Source: Elusimicrobiota bacterium
GTDB lineage: Bacteria; Elusimicrobiota; Elusimicrobia; UBA1565; UBA9628
Direction of reading: 5' to 3'
Assembly: GCA_016207665.1 (NCBI GenBank)
Contig: JACQPG010000115.1
Coordinates: 26,696 to 90,695, forward strand
DNA: 64,000 bases
Below the pieces are notes generated by a model. The model saw nothing but the letters and a program-made list of their open reading frames with translations, had not been told where the DNA came from and made no database searches. The position numbers and the translations under genes were made by a program. How positions within the stretch are numbered: position 1 is the stretch's first letter; every line of letters begins with the position of its first letter. Positions 25,839 to 34,482 of this stretch are shown piece by piece.

Positions 25839-26889
25839 AGCGGGGCAAGGGACGAAGGCCCATATCGGCGCTCACGCTGTAGAGCATCATCACCGGATTT
25901 CTGCTGCCGCAGGCCAGCCAGCGTCCGTCGGGGGAAAAGGCCAGGGCCGTGATCGGCTCGGACTGGAAGGCGAACAGGGGCTGGCCGGAATCGGGGTCCC
26001 AGAACCAGACCGTCTGGTCGGCGCTGCCGCTGGCCAGCATCCCGCCTGGGGCGAAGGCGACCGCGTGCACCGGGCCCAAGTGGCCCAAGAGCACTCGCTT
26101 TTGGACGCCCTTCCGGGGATCCCAGACCCGCACGGTTTGATCCTCGCTGCCCGAGGCCAGGGACCAGCCGTCCGGCGCGAAGGCCAGGCTCCAGACCCAA
26201 TGAAGGTGCCCCTCCAGTTTGGCGCGGCGCGTCCTGTCCTTGGAGCGCCATAAAAGTATGTTGTGATCCCAGCCGGCGGAGGCGAGCGTCTCGCCGTCAA
26301 GGGAAAAGGCGACCGCGTTGACCGAGCCCTCATGCCCCTCGAGCATGGCGCGATCGGAGACGGTGTCCGCGATCCAGGGCTTGAGCGCGCTCGAGCGCGC
26401 GCCCGAAACGCGGCGGCCCGCGGGAAGCTTGAGCTTCCAGAGCATGACCTGGGAATCCCAGCCCCCCGAGGCCAGACTCAGGCCGTCCGGGGCGAAGGCC
26501 ACGGAGCTCACCGAGCCTTTATGCCCGGTCAGCAGCGCGCTCTCGGCCCCCGTGTCGGTTTCCCATATGCGCACCGAGCGATCATCGGCCCCTGCGGCGA
26601 GGAAACGCCCGTCGCGCGAAAACGAGAGGGAATTGATGGGGCCGGTTTCGCCGGCCAGGACCGTGATCGGCCGGCCGGTCCCGGCCTCCCAGAGCCGTAT
26701 CGTGCGGTCCCGGCTGGCCGAGGCGAGGATGCGGCCGTCCGGGGAGAAGGCGACCGCGCTGATCGAATTCTCATGCCCGACCAGTGTCCGGCCGTACCGG
26801 ACGGCGATGCGGCGGTCCGAGGCCTGGGCCGACAGCGAGAGCAGCCCGATGGCGAAGAGGCACCGGGCCCAAGCGAAAGCCGAAAGCAT
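25825..26889 (-). CDS. Secreted WD40-repeat beta-propeller protein
   Basis: 354 aa. Signal peptide [23 protein letters not shown]; seven WD40 repeats ([31 protein letters not shown] and similar). 14-nt overlap with the downstream paralog. Confidence 0.85.
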   Translation of the reverse strand: MLSAFAWARCLFAIGLLSLSAQASDRRIAVRYGRTLVGHENSISAVAFSPDGRILASASRDRTIRLWEAGTGRPITVLAGETGPINSLSFSRDGRFLAAGADDRSVRIWETDTGAESALLTGHKGSVSSVAFAPDGLSLASGGWDSQVMLWKLKLPAGRRVSGARSSALKPWIADTVSDRAMLEGHEGSVNAVAFSLDGETLASAGWDHNILLWRSKDRTRRAKLEGHLHWVWSLAFAPDGWSLASGSEDQTVRVWDPRKGVQKRVLLGHLGPVHAVAFAPGGMLASGSADQTVWFWDPDSGQPLFAFQSEPITALAFSPDGRWLACGSRNPVMMLYSVSADMGLRPLPRYGLR

Positions 26890-26895
26890 GCGAGC

Positions 26896-26924
26896 AGTAT
26901 AGACTCGCGTGCCGTCCTACTCAA
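26896..26924 (-). promoter_or_regulatory. Promoter TTGAGT-N17-TATACT placed 6 nt from the WD40 start codon (leaderless-type)
   Basis: Minus strand: TTGAGT (26924-26919), 17-nt spacer, TATACT (26901-26896), gctcgc, then ATG at 26889. No Shine-Dalgarno possible. Confidence 0.55.
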
Positions 26925-26961
26925 TGATAGCGGTGAGCCGAATTTGTGACGAAGTTGAGGC

Positions 26962-27357
26962 TTACTTCGGGGCCTGGTCTTGCGTCTGCTCGGCCCGGCG
27001 CTCCACGCGCTGGCCGCGCTGTTCCCGGCGTTGTCCCCTGCGCTCGACGCGTTCGCCGCGGCGCTGGCGCCTTTCTCCCTTGCGCTGGAGCCTCTCTCCG
27101 CGCCGCTCCAGATTCTCGGCGGCCTTCTCTTGTCCCCGCTCGCGCAGGGCCTCCGCCTTCTCCTGCATGCGTTCGCCCTTTTCCTCCATCTTTTCGCCCT
27201 GGCGTTGTATGCGCTCGCCATCCCGCTGCATCTTCTCGCCTTGGCGCGGGAGCTGTTCGCCCCTCCGCTCTTGGCGCTCGCCGGCGGCGCCGTCTTCGGC
27301 GGCCGCCGGACCGCAGAGAAGCAGGGACAGAGCAAGGATGACGAGTGTCTGTTTCAT
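26962..27357 (-). CDS. Secreted, highly charged heptad-repeat protein (G-E-R/K-x-Q-R-x)n
   Basis: 131 aa. Signal peptide MKQTLVILALSLLLCGPAAA, then about 13 heptads: GERQERR GEQLPRQ GEKMQRD GERIQRQ GEKMEEK GERMQEK ... GERLQRK GERRQRR GERVERR GQRREQR GQRVERR. The DNA shows 21-nt periodicity. Confidence 0.7.
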   Translation of the reverse strand: MKQTLVILALSLLLCGPAAAEDGAAGERQERRGEQLPRQGEKMQRDGERIQRQGEKMEEKGERMQEKAEALRERGQEKAAENLERRGERLQRKGERRQRRGERVERRGQRREQRGQRVERRAEQTQDQAPK

Positions 27358-27420
27358 GTAGCCTCCTGGAAGTTGATTTCGTTAAGTTTATCCGGAGGCC
27401 GGCGCCTTGTCAATGCGACT

Positions 27421-28227
27421 TTAGTTCCGCGCCAGCCGATAGAGCCCCGCGGCCAGGGCCGCGACGGCCAGCAGCACCGCGATCAGAGGCCCGGTCGGCA
27501 GGTCCCAGCGCAGCGAGCTCCAGCAGCCCCCGACGGTGCAGGCGGCGGCCAGCGCGGGCGCGAAAAGGAAGGGCGTGAGCAGACGACGCGCCAACAGGAG
27601 CGCCGCGGTCGCCGGAAGTATCAGGTAGGCGAAAGCGAGAAGCACTCCCAAGACGTGTATCGAAATGGTCATCGAGAGCGCGAGCATGGCCAGCAAAGCG
27701 ACGTTCCAGGCTCCCAGGCGCAGGCCGGCCACCTGGACGGAAAGAGGATCGAACACGATCCAAACCCAGCGATGGAGCCACAAGCCCAGCACGAGAAGCG
27801 TGCCCGCCAGCAGCGCGCCGGCCTCAGCCGTTTCCCAGGGCCCGACCGAGAGAAGATTCCCGAAAAATATGTCCATGGAATGGGCCTCGCCTGAAGGCGC
27901 CTTGGACAGCAGCAGGACGGAAAGCCCGGCGCCCAACACGAACAGGCAGGCGACCCAGCCCTCTTGAGGCACGCGCCGGTTGGCCGCCAGGGGCGGGAGC
28001 AGGGCCATCCCGATCATCACCAGCGCCAAGGCCACGCCGAAGCCTCCGAAATGCCAGCCCGCCGCGGCCGACACGGCTCCGCCCAGGGCCGCCAGTTGGG
28101 CCGCCGCCAATCCCGAAAACGAGATGCGCCGAGCGAGTATCAGCACGCCGATGATCGAGAGCGCGGCGCCGGCCAGCAGGCTCGCCGCCAGGGCATTCCT
28201 CATGAATTCCAGCGCCAGTGGATTCAT
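27421..28227 (-). CDS. znuB: Metal (Zn/Mn) ABC transporter permease
   Basis: 268 aa from internal ATG (MNPLALEFMRNALAASLLAG) of the composite ORF 27421..29622. Multi-TM ABC-3 family pattern. Confidence 0.85.
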   Translation of the reverse strand: MNPLALEFMRNALAASLLAGAALSIIGVLILARRISFSGLAAAQLAALGGAVSAAAGWHFGGFGVALALVMIGMALLPPLAANRRVPQEGWVACLFVLGAGLSVLLLSKAPSGEAHSMDIFFGNLLSVGPWETAEAGALLAGTLLVLGLWLHRWVWIVFDPLSVQVAGLRLGAWNVALLAMLALSMTISIHVLGVLLAFAYLILPATAALLLARRLLTPFLFAPALAAACTVGGCWSSLRWDLPTGPLIAVLLAVAALAAGLYRLARN

Positions 28228-28971
28228 GAGCCCGCCTTCGGCGCGATCCAGCGCATGCCGTGCTGCTCCATGCGCCAGAACGGAGTGCCGTAGATCTCGT
28301 CCAATTTTTGGGTGCTGGTCAGCTCCTGCGGAGTGGCGCCCACTACCGAGCCCCCGGCTAACAGCAGTATGCGGCCGCAGAAGTTGAGCGGTATCTGGAG
28401 GGTGTGGGTGACGAGCAGGATGGTGAGCGCGCGAGAGGCATGCTGGGCTTTGATGATGGCCAAGAGGTCGCGCTCGGCCGCCATATCGAGGCCGCGGCGT
28501 CGGCTCGTCGAGCAGCAGCACCTCGGGACTCTGGCACAGGGCCTGAGCCAGGATGGCGCGCTGCCTCTGCCCGCCCGAGATCTCCCCCAAGGGGCGGCCG
28601 GCCAGGGCCGCGATACCGGTGCTGGCCATGGCTTCCTCGACTCCCGCGACCTCGTCCCTTCTCAGTCGACCGAAAGGACGGCGCGAGCACAGCGGCAGCT
28701 CCACCGCCTCGCGGACGGTCAAGGGCAGGAAGGGATTGGCTTCATCGGCCTGCGGGACATAGGCGTAGCGGGAGAAGCCTTCCACGCGGACCGCTCCCCG
28801 AAGGGGGCGGATCAGCCCCAATATGGCCCGCAGCAGCGTGGTCTTGCCCGATCCGTTGGGCCCGACCACGCCCACGATCTCTCCGCGCGTGATCCGGGCG
28901 TTGACCGCCCTCAGGACGGCCCCGCGCCCGTAGCCGAGGTCGGCGTCTTTGATCTCGATCGAGCCGTTCAC
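28224..28971 (-). pseudogene. znuC: Metal ABC transporter ATPase, interrupted by a 1-nt frameshift just after Walker B
   Basis: N-terminal part is in the frame of ORF 27421..29622 (GTG 28971; GPNGSGKTT, ISGGQRQR, LLLDEPT). C-terminal part is in the frame of ORF 28224..28484 (GLDMAAERDLL..LVTHTL). The frames switch at about 28494-28497 (acg CCGC ggc ctc gat atg). Confidence 0.8.
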
Positions 28972-29882
28972 GGGGCCGCGAGCGCCTCCTTGACTTGATA
29001 GACGTTGCGGTCGATCGTGCTGATGATATCGGGAGTGCCGGGGACTTCTTCCGGGAAAAGGGCCAGGATCAGCACGAAGGCTCCCGTCTCTTGCGCTATC
29101 GCGTTGGGCGTGCGGCTTTCGAACCAGGGGTGCGTGAAGATCAGGCGCACTCGCTCGGCTTTCATCCGCGCGATGAGCTCCGCGGTATGCCTGGGCGAGG
29201 GTGGAATGCCCGGTTTCGGCTCGATCTCCCCCGCGCTCTCCATTCCGAAGCGGCGCGCGAAATACGACGGATCCTTGTGATACCCGACGTATTTGCGGCC
29301 CGCGTAGGGCTTGAGCGCGCCGGTCCATTCCTTGATCTTGGCTCGGAGCCTGCGGTTGAAGTCTTCCGCGTTGGATTCGAAGGCCTTCGCGTTCTCCGGG
29401 TCGAGGGCCGAAAGCCTTTGGGCGATCAGGAGGCATACCAGCAGCACGTTCTCCGGATCGGTCATGTAATGGGGGTTGCCGCCGGGGTGGACATCCCCCA
29501 TGGCGCGGGTGGGGGCTTGCGGCACCTCGATGGGCGCGACCGCTTCCGAGGCGTCGATGCGCCCGGAGCCGGAGAGTTGTATTTTCGGATTGCGCGAGCC
29601 TCCGACCAGGGGGCCCAGCCAAGCCGACTCGAGCTCGAGTCCGGTCTCGATGAGCACATCCGCCTTCATCAGCTTGATGATGAGCGAGGGCTTGGGCTCG
29701 ACGAAATGTGGGTTTTGCCGAGGCATGGCCAGGCTCTCGACCGAGACCTTGTCGCCCCCGATCTCCCGGGCCAGGGCCGACAGATCCGGGGTTGTAGCGA
29801 AGATCTTGAGCGCCGCCTCCGCGCCCGGCGCGGCCGCGGCCCAGAGCAACGCCGCCAGCAGGCTAGAACGGATGCGCGCCAT
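28968..29882 (-). CDS. znuA: Metal ABC transporter periplasmic substrate-binding protein (ZnuA/TroA family)
   Basis: 304 aa with signal peptide. ZnuA-like pattern NPHFVEPKPS..GDVHPGGNPHYMTDP..YHKDPSYFARRFG. Confidence 0.85.
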   Translation of the reverse strand: MARIRSSLLAALLWAAAAPGAEAALKIFATTPDLSALAREIGGDKVSVESLAMPRQNPHFVEPKPSLIIKLMKADVLIETGLELESAWLGPLVGGSRNPKIQLSGSGRIDASEAVAPIEVPQAPTRAMGDVHPGGNPHYMTDPENVLLVCLLIAQRLSALDPENAKAFESNAEDFNRRLRAKIKEWTGALKPYAGRKYVGYHKDPSYFARRFGMESAGEIEPKPGIPPSPRHTAELIARMKAERVRLIFTHPWFESRTPNAIAQETGAFVLILALFPEEVPGTPDIISTIDRNVYQVKEALAAP

Positions 29883-31038
29883 GGGGACCCAGAACCACTG
29901 TCCATTTGAGAGCGGCCAGATGATCGGTGCTGCCCGAAGGCCGCACCCGCGCGTCGTATTGCGCCGTCAATCGCTGGAACTCGCTGGGGGAGAACATCAC
30001 GAAAGGCGCGAGTGCCCGGGTGGGCGCCCGGCCGGCGCGAGCCGAGGCTTGCTCCGCGTAGTCCGCGCGCACCCCGACGAACCAGCGGCGGTCGACTTGA
30101 AATTCAAGCAGCGAATAAAGGCTGCGGCGATCGATGCGAGCCGGATCATCCACGAACGCGCCGGAGACCGCGTCGAATTCCGCCGGCAGGACTCGCCGGG
30201 ACCAGATCATCTCGCTGCGCCAGATCAGGCCCCGGTATTGGGATTGCTCCGGGCGCCTCCAGCGCAGCGTGACATCGGCGCCCAGGAGCCGGCGATGAAG
30301 GGCTCCGGTGGGCTGATGCGAGGCTCCCGAGACTCCCAACTCGATATTGGCCGCGTCTGTCAGGTCGCTATAAGCGCGGGCTCGCGCCACATGGGCGTAA
30401 TCCCGCGCCCTCCTCGGCGCCGCGGCTTGCTCCTCATGTATGGGCACCGTGGCCGTGTTGCCGTTGGCGTCGATGACGGTAGCCGTCGCGGCCTCGGCCT
30501 CGGGATCGGCCTCGCCCAAGTCCTGAAGGAAGGCGTAGCTCAGCTCCGTGAATATCCCGAAGGGGGCCAATACCCGCGCCAGCTCGCCGCCCGTCCCCAC
30601 CAGGCCCTCGGGACCGAGAAAACGGTCGAGAACCAGGGGAGAATTGACGCCCGGGCGTTCGAAGCGATGGAGCATGTTGAGCTTGCCGAAAGAGGCCAAG
30701 AATTTGCCTCCGCGCGCCTGTAGCCCCGCCGGCAGGGAGGTCAGCGTGAAATAGCCTTCTTCGATCTCGACCCCCTCACCATGAGGCTTGGCGATGAAGA
30801 AGTCGGCGCGCCCATAGGGATCGATCTCCGATTGAAGGCCCAGCTCCACCTCTTGGAGGGCCAGGTCGGTTTCGGCTCGAGTGGGGCCTGACTGGGCGAT
30901 GACATGACCCAGGACGCTGATACGCGGGTTGAGCGCGTTGGCGAGCGTCCTGCTGCGCAGCCAAGAGGCGCTCTCTTGTGCGTCGACGGCGGCGACAGGC
31001 AAGGCAAGGATGAATGCGATGGCGACTGAATTTCTCAC
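29863..31038 (-). CDS. Putative outer-membrane beta-barrel (porin-like) protein
   Basis: 391 aa, GTG start with an AGGAG Shine-Dalgarno. Signal peptide MRNSVAIAFILALPVAAVDAQ, alternating beta-strand pattern and a C-terminal aromatic residue (..GAHPF). 20-nt overlap with the znuA start. Confidence 0.6.
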   Translation of the reverse strand: MRNSVAIAFILALPVAAVDAQESASWLRSRTLANALNPRISVLGHVIAQSGPTRAETDLALQEVELGLQSEIDPYGRADFFIAKPHGEGVEIEEGYFTLTSLPAGLQARGGKFLASFGKLNMLHRFERPGVNSPLVLDRFLGPEGLVGTGGELARVLAPFGIFTELSYAFLQDLGEADPEAEAATATVIDANGNTATVPIHEEQAAAPRRARDYAHVARARAYSDLTDAANIELGVSGASHQPTGALHRRLLGADVTLRWRRPEQSQYRGLIWRSEMIWSRRVLPAEFDAVSGAFVDDPARIDRRSLYSLLEFQVDRRWFVGVRADYAEQASARAGRAPTRALAPFVMFSPSEFQRLTAQYDARVRPSGSTDHLAALKWTVVLGPHGAHPF

Positions 31039-31099
31039 GATCGGCTCCTATGGTATAAAATGGCGCGGCAAAGCCGCGATCACGAAGGCGCGTTGGGGG

Positions 31100-31447
31100 T
31101 CAGGACAGGGCCGGAGGGCCGCGAGGAGAGCGGGAATCGGCGAGGGAGCGAGAGGCCGATGCCGACGATGAATCGATGAGGGGCTCGGGGTTCGCATACC
31201 CCGAGGATACGGCCTGGCGCGTTCCCGCCTGCCCCCAGCGAGTCTTGGAGAGCTGGGGGCAGACCTGGCAGTCTTCGTCGTGATGTTTATGGGAACGGGC
31301 ATTGTCCGAGGCCCAGACCGCCTCCAGGCCGTGCTGGTGAAAATCGGCCTCCTGGCCGGAAACCTGCCAGGAGTGCAGCGAAGGCAGCAGGAGCTGGCAG
31401 AGCAGGCCTACGCATAACGCCGCGCGCGCCGATGCCGAAAAGATCAT
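31100..31447 (-). CDS. Small secreted His/Cys-containing protein (speculative)
   Basis: Internal ATG (MIFSASARAALCVGLLCQLLL) 3 nt after the upstream stop. Contains HSW, DFHQHG and HKHHDEDCQVC. The C-terminal third is low complexity. Confidence 0.35.
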   Translation of the reverse strand: MIFSASARAALCVGLLCQLLLPSLHSWQVSGQEADFHQHGLEAVWASDNARSHKHHDEDCQVCPQLSKTRWGQAGTRQAVSSGYANPEPLIDSSSASASRSLADSRSPRGPPALS

Positions 31448-31449
31448 GA

Positions 31450-32331
31450 TCAGGAAGAGACCGGGCCGGGGGGACGGCGCTCGTGACCTTCTTGATAGCC
31501 CATGTTCTTGATGTATTCGCGGATCCTGTCCTCCTCGCCGCGCGTGCCCATGAGCAAATCGAGGGCGGTGACGTATTTGAGCGCCAGGGACTTGAGTTGC
31601 GTGGCGCGATAACGCATCTCCTTCATCAAGATGGCGCGCAGCTTGGCCAGACGCCAGCCTCCCGGGTCGACGAAATTGAGGCATTGGAATTGGGCTTGGA
31701 AGGCGACAAGCTCGCCCTCGACGACCTTCTCGGGCGACAGCTCTCCTTTCTCATGCGTCAAGGCGTGGGCCGACTCATGGCACTCGGTGGCCCATTGGGC
31801 GTATAAAGGGCCGATCACCTGCGCGATCAAGGGCGTATAGGCGCTGAACCAGATCCGGCCGCTCTCGGGCTTGGAGCGCTCGTACTCGTAGAGTCCCGCC
31901 TCATGCTCGTGCAGCCTCCAGTCCTTGTCGAGATGCATCCGTCCGCCCTCATACATCGAGTCGGCGCGCTCCACGACTTCCTTCAGCGGAGGAGGAGGGG
32001 CGGCGCTGATCCGGAAACGGCGCGCTTGGGCGTCGTCCCTCAGCCGCTTGAGCGAGGGAGGATCCTGGTAATCGGGCGAGGGCTCGGTGGGCCAGCCCTG
32101 GAAATCCGCGCGCACGGCCACGGGAGCGCGCGTCACCGCCTCGTGCAGCCTCCGGCCTTGTATATAGACCTTGGTTTCGGACAATGAGTGATCGCGCACG
32201 GTCTCGAAAGTCCTCCCCACCTCATAGCCGATCTGGCCCGGGTGCAAGGACGAGCTTCCGGAGCCGTCGATGACGGTGACCGGGACGGCTTGGGCTAGGC
32301 CGGCTAGGAAAAGCAAGGCGACGCTGGACAT
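31450..32331 (-). CDS. Secreted hypothetical protein with an HExxH motif (putative zinc metalloprotease)
   Basis: 293 aa with signal peptide MSSVALLFLAGLAQA. ATECHESAHALTHEKGE contains HESAH. A TATAAT at 32348-32343 lies 11 nt upstream of the ATG. Confidence 0.55.
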   Translation of the reverse strand: MSSVALLFLAGLAQAVPVTVIDGSGSSSLHPGQIGYEVGRTFETVRDHSLSETKVYIQGRRLHEAVTRAPVAVRADFQGWPTEPSPDYQDPPSLKRLRDDAQARRFRISAAPPPPLKEVVERADSMYEGGRMHLDKDWRLHEHEAGLYEYERSKPESGRIWFSAYTPLIAQVIGPLYAQWATECHESAHALTHEKGELSPEKVVEGELVAFQAQFQCLNFVDPGGWRLAKLRAILMKEMRYRATQLKSLALKYVTALDLLMGTRGEEDRIREYIKNMGYQEGHERRPPGPVSS

Positions 32332-32434
32332 GGGTCCTTTCCATTATAAGGTCCGCGTCACTATCCTCGTATGAGCCTTAGGGCCTATTCTAAATTAGGA
32401 CAAAAGACCTATTTCAGCATCCAATGGCATGAAG

Positions 32435-33391
32435 TCATGGCTGGTTGCGCAGATTTGAGTTATCCACCGACTTGGCGTGCGCCAAGTCGGTGGATAACTT
32501 CCCTTCCCCGAGCACCCTGCGGCGTTCAGCGTCGTTGTGAGGCCGGCATAGAAGACGGAGGTTGTTCACATCGCTGCCTCCGCCTAAGGCTTTCGGCTTG
32601 ATGTGGTCTAACTCCAACATTCGCCTGGATTGGCAGCGAACCCCCTCCGGGCCGATATAAGAACAGCGTCCTCCATCTCTCGCCCAGACAGCCCGGCGAA
32701 CCGACGCCGCTATCCTGGAGCTGCTCCTGGCCGCCGTCGTCCTGCCTAAATCCAGGACTCTCTGAGGATCATGGCGCTCCAAATAATCCTGCAACACCTC
32801 CAACAATACGTGATCCAGCTCGCCGAACGGGAATTTGTGAGCCAACAGCCCTTTGGCGTGTTCGATGGCCTGGCGCAAGGCGAGGGAGCCGCGAAAGCTG
32901 AAATCTACGCGCGTCGAAACGACAGGCGGCCCCTGATCCCTTTCGTCGCGCATGACTACGGACACCGTCCGTACCGTAACGCGCTTCTCGGGCTCGGGAC
33001 GTAATGGGGCCAACAGCGCTTCGATTTCGCGCGTATCCTTTCCTTGGGCCCGGGCGATGATCTCGGGAGCGTCGTCTCTATGGATGTGCGGGGCCAGCTT
33101 GGAGACAGCGGTCAGCGAGAGTTCGCCATCAGCCAGAGCGCTGAGAAGTTCGGGTCTTCTAACGCCCGCCCGGGCCGCCTGGATCCGGCGGTACGACTCG
33201 TCCTCGCTAAGTTTCAACCCGCGGACGCAATATTCGAATGTCGATGAATAACCTCGGGCTTCGGGAAGCTTGCGGCGATCCGCCTCGCCCAGGCAAGCGA
33301 GGAAATCGTGAAGGTGTTCGCGCTCCACTTTCGCGAGCACATCGAGCCGCGTCAGCAATTGCTCGTCCGACAGATGGCAGGGATCATCCAT
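32435..33391 (-). CDS. HNH endonuclease with a DUF222-like N-terminal domain
   Basis: 318 aa. C-terminal CSYIGPEGVRCQSRRMLELDHIKPKALGGGSDVNNLRLLCRPHND (HNH motif). The N-terminal helical region resembles the DUF222 / 13E12-repeat family. Confidence 0.8.
   Translation of the reverse strand: MDDPCHLSDEQLLTRLDVLAKVEREHLHDFLACLGEADRRKLPEARGYSSTFEYCVRGLKLSEDESYRRIQAARAGVRRPELLSALADGELSLTAVSKLAPHIHRDDAPEIIARAQGKDTREIEALLAPLRPEPEKRVTVRTVSVVMRDERDQGPPVVSTRVDFSFRGSLALRQAIEHAKGLLAHKFPFGELDHVLLEVLQDYLERHDPQRVLDLGRTTAARSSSRIAASVRRAVWARDGGRCSYIGPEGVRCQSRRMLELDHIKPKALGGGSDVNNLRLLCRPHNDAERRRVLGEGKLSTDLAHAKSVDNSNLRNQP
32459..32498. repeat. 40-bp near-perfect palindrome (19-bp arms) inside the 3' end of the HNH ORF
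   Basis: GTTATCCACCGACTTGGCG-tg-CGCCAAGTCGGTGGATAAC, read directly. It encodes ..KLSTDLAHAKSVDNS.. of the ORF tail. Confidence 0.9.
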
Positions 33392-33528
33392 GCCTCATAT
33401 ACGACCAGGGCGACGAAAAGGTTCCACTGGATTGGAGGGGGCCCACAGCCCGGAGCCATGAGTCAGGAAGATAAGATTTACAGCTTTTCCATGGAGGCGC
33501 ACGGCGGCCCGGGGTATCATGATGCCGC

Positions 33529-34482
33529 ATGAGGATCAAGCGCTGGCCGGGCGTCGGGACATTGGAGCGGGAGCGCAGGCCCTTGAGGGCCAAAGTGGCG
33601 CGCAGGTTGGGCGTGGGAACCCTTTTCGTCATACTCTTGCTCGTCGCCGCCCGCCTGGCGTTTCCCTATGCCATCCTTCGCTACGTCAATAATGTCATTG
33701 ACGGGTTGCCCGGCTACTCCGGGAGCATCGAGAAGATACGGGTCAGCCTCTGGCGCGGAGCCTATACCATCATCGGTCCCCGGCTTTTCAAGGAGGGCGG
33801 CGGCCAAGAGATTTCCCTATTCGCCGCCGAGCAGATCGATCTCTCGCTCGAGTGGGGGACATTGCTGCGCGGCGCGCTGCGCGGGGAGATCGCCGTGGAT
33901 CGCCCTTCGATCAATATCGTCGCCTCCAAGTCGCCTCGGCGCAAGCAGTCGGCAACGGAAGCGGAGGCCAAGACCTGGCAGGAGACGGTGGAGGAGCTTT
34001 TTCCGGTCCGGATCGATCGTTTCGAGATCAGGGACGGTTCGGTGTCGTTGCGCGACGAGACCCGGGACACGCCTATCGCCGTACGCGTGAAGAACCTGGA
34101 TATGCTGGCCCGCAATCTCACCAATGCGGAGGGCAGAGAAGAAGCGCTCCCGGCCTCGCTCAGGGCCTCGGCTCGGGTCTTAGGCCAGGGGCTGGCCTAT
34201 CTCAACGTGCGCATGGATCCGCTGAATCGGACGCCGACTTTCGACCTGGACGCCTCCTTGCGCCAGGTGCCGATGACGGGCTTGAACGACTTTCTCAGGG
34301 CTTACGGCCGCGCGGACGTCCAGGGCGGCACCTTCAATCTGTTCGTGGAAGCCGCGGCCGCCGGCGGCCGGGTGCGGGGTTACGCCAAGCCCATTTTCCA
34401 CCAGCTCAAGATCGCGGGGGAGCGGGAAAGGGAGGGAGGGCTGCGCCGTTTCCGGGAGCTGATCATCGAAGGGGTCAAGTAA
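33529..34482 (+). CDS. DUF748 (AsmA-like) domain protein, N-terminal 317 codons
   Basis: N-terminal TM anchor, then PGYSGSIEKIRVSLWRGAYTI..LRGEIAVDRPSINIV, typical of DUF748. Ends at TAA 34480-34482, which is in frame with the next ORF. Confidence 0.7.
   Translation: MRIKRWPGVGTLERERRPLRAKVARRLGVGTLFVILLLVAARLAFPYAILRYVNNVIDGLPGYSGSIEKIRVSLWRGAYTIIGPRLFKEGGGQEISLFAAEQIDLSLEWGTLLRGALRGEIAVDRPSINIVASKSPRRKQSATEAEAKTWQETVEELFPVRIDRFEIRDGSVSLRDETRDTPIAVRVKNLDMLARNLTNAEGREEALPASLRASARVLGQGLAYLNVRMDPLNRTPTFDLDASLRQVPMTGLNDFLRAYGRADVQGGTFNLFVEAAAAGGRVRGYAKPIFHQLKIAGEREREGGLRRFRELIIEGVK

Noticed and set aside
27421-29622. A 733-aa ORF that looks like one giant protein.
   Set aside because: It is a composite. 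Its upstream third is the out-of-frame shadow of znuA, the middle is the N-terminal half of znuC, then about 90 junk codons follow the frameshift, and the end is znuB. It was split into znuC (pseudogene) and znuB.
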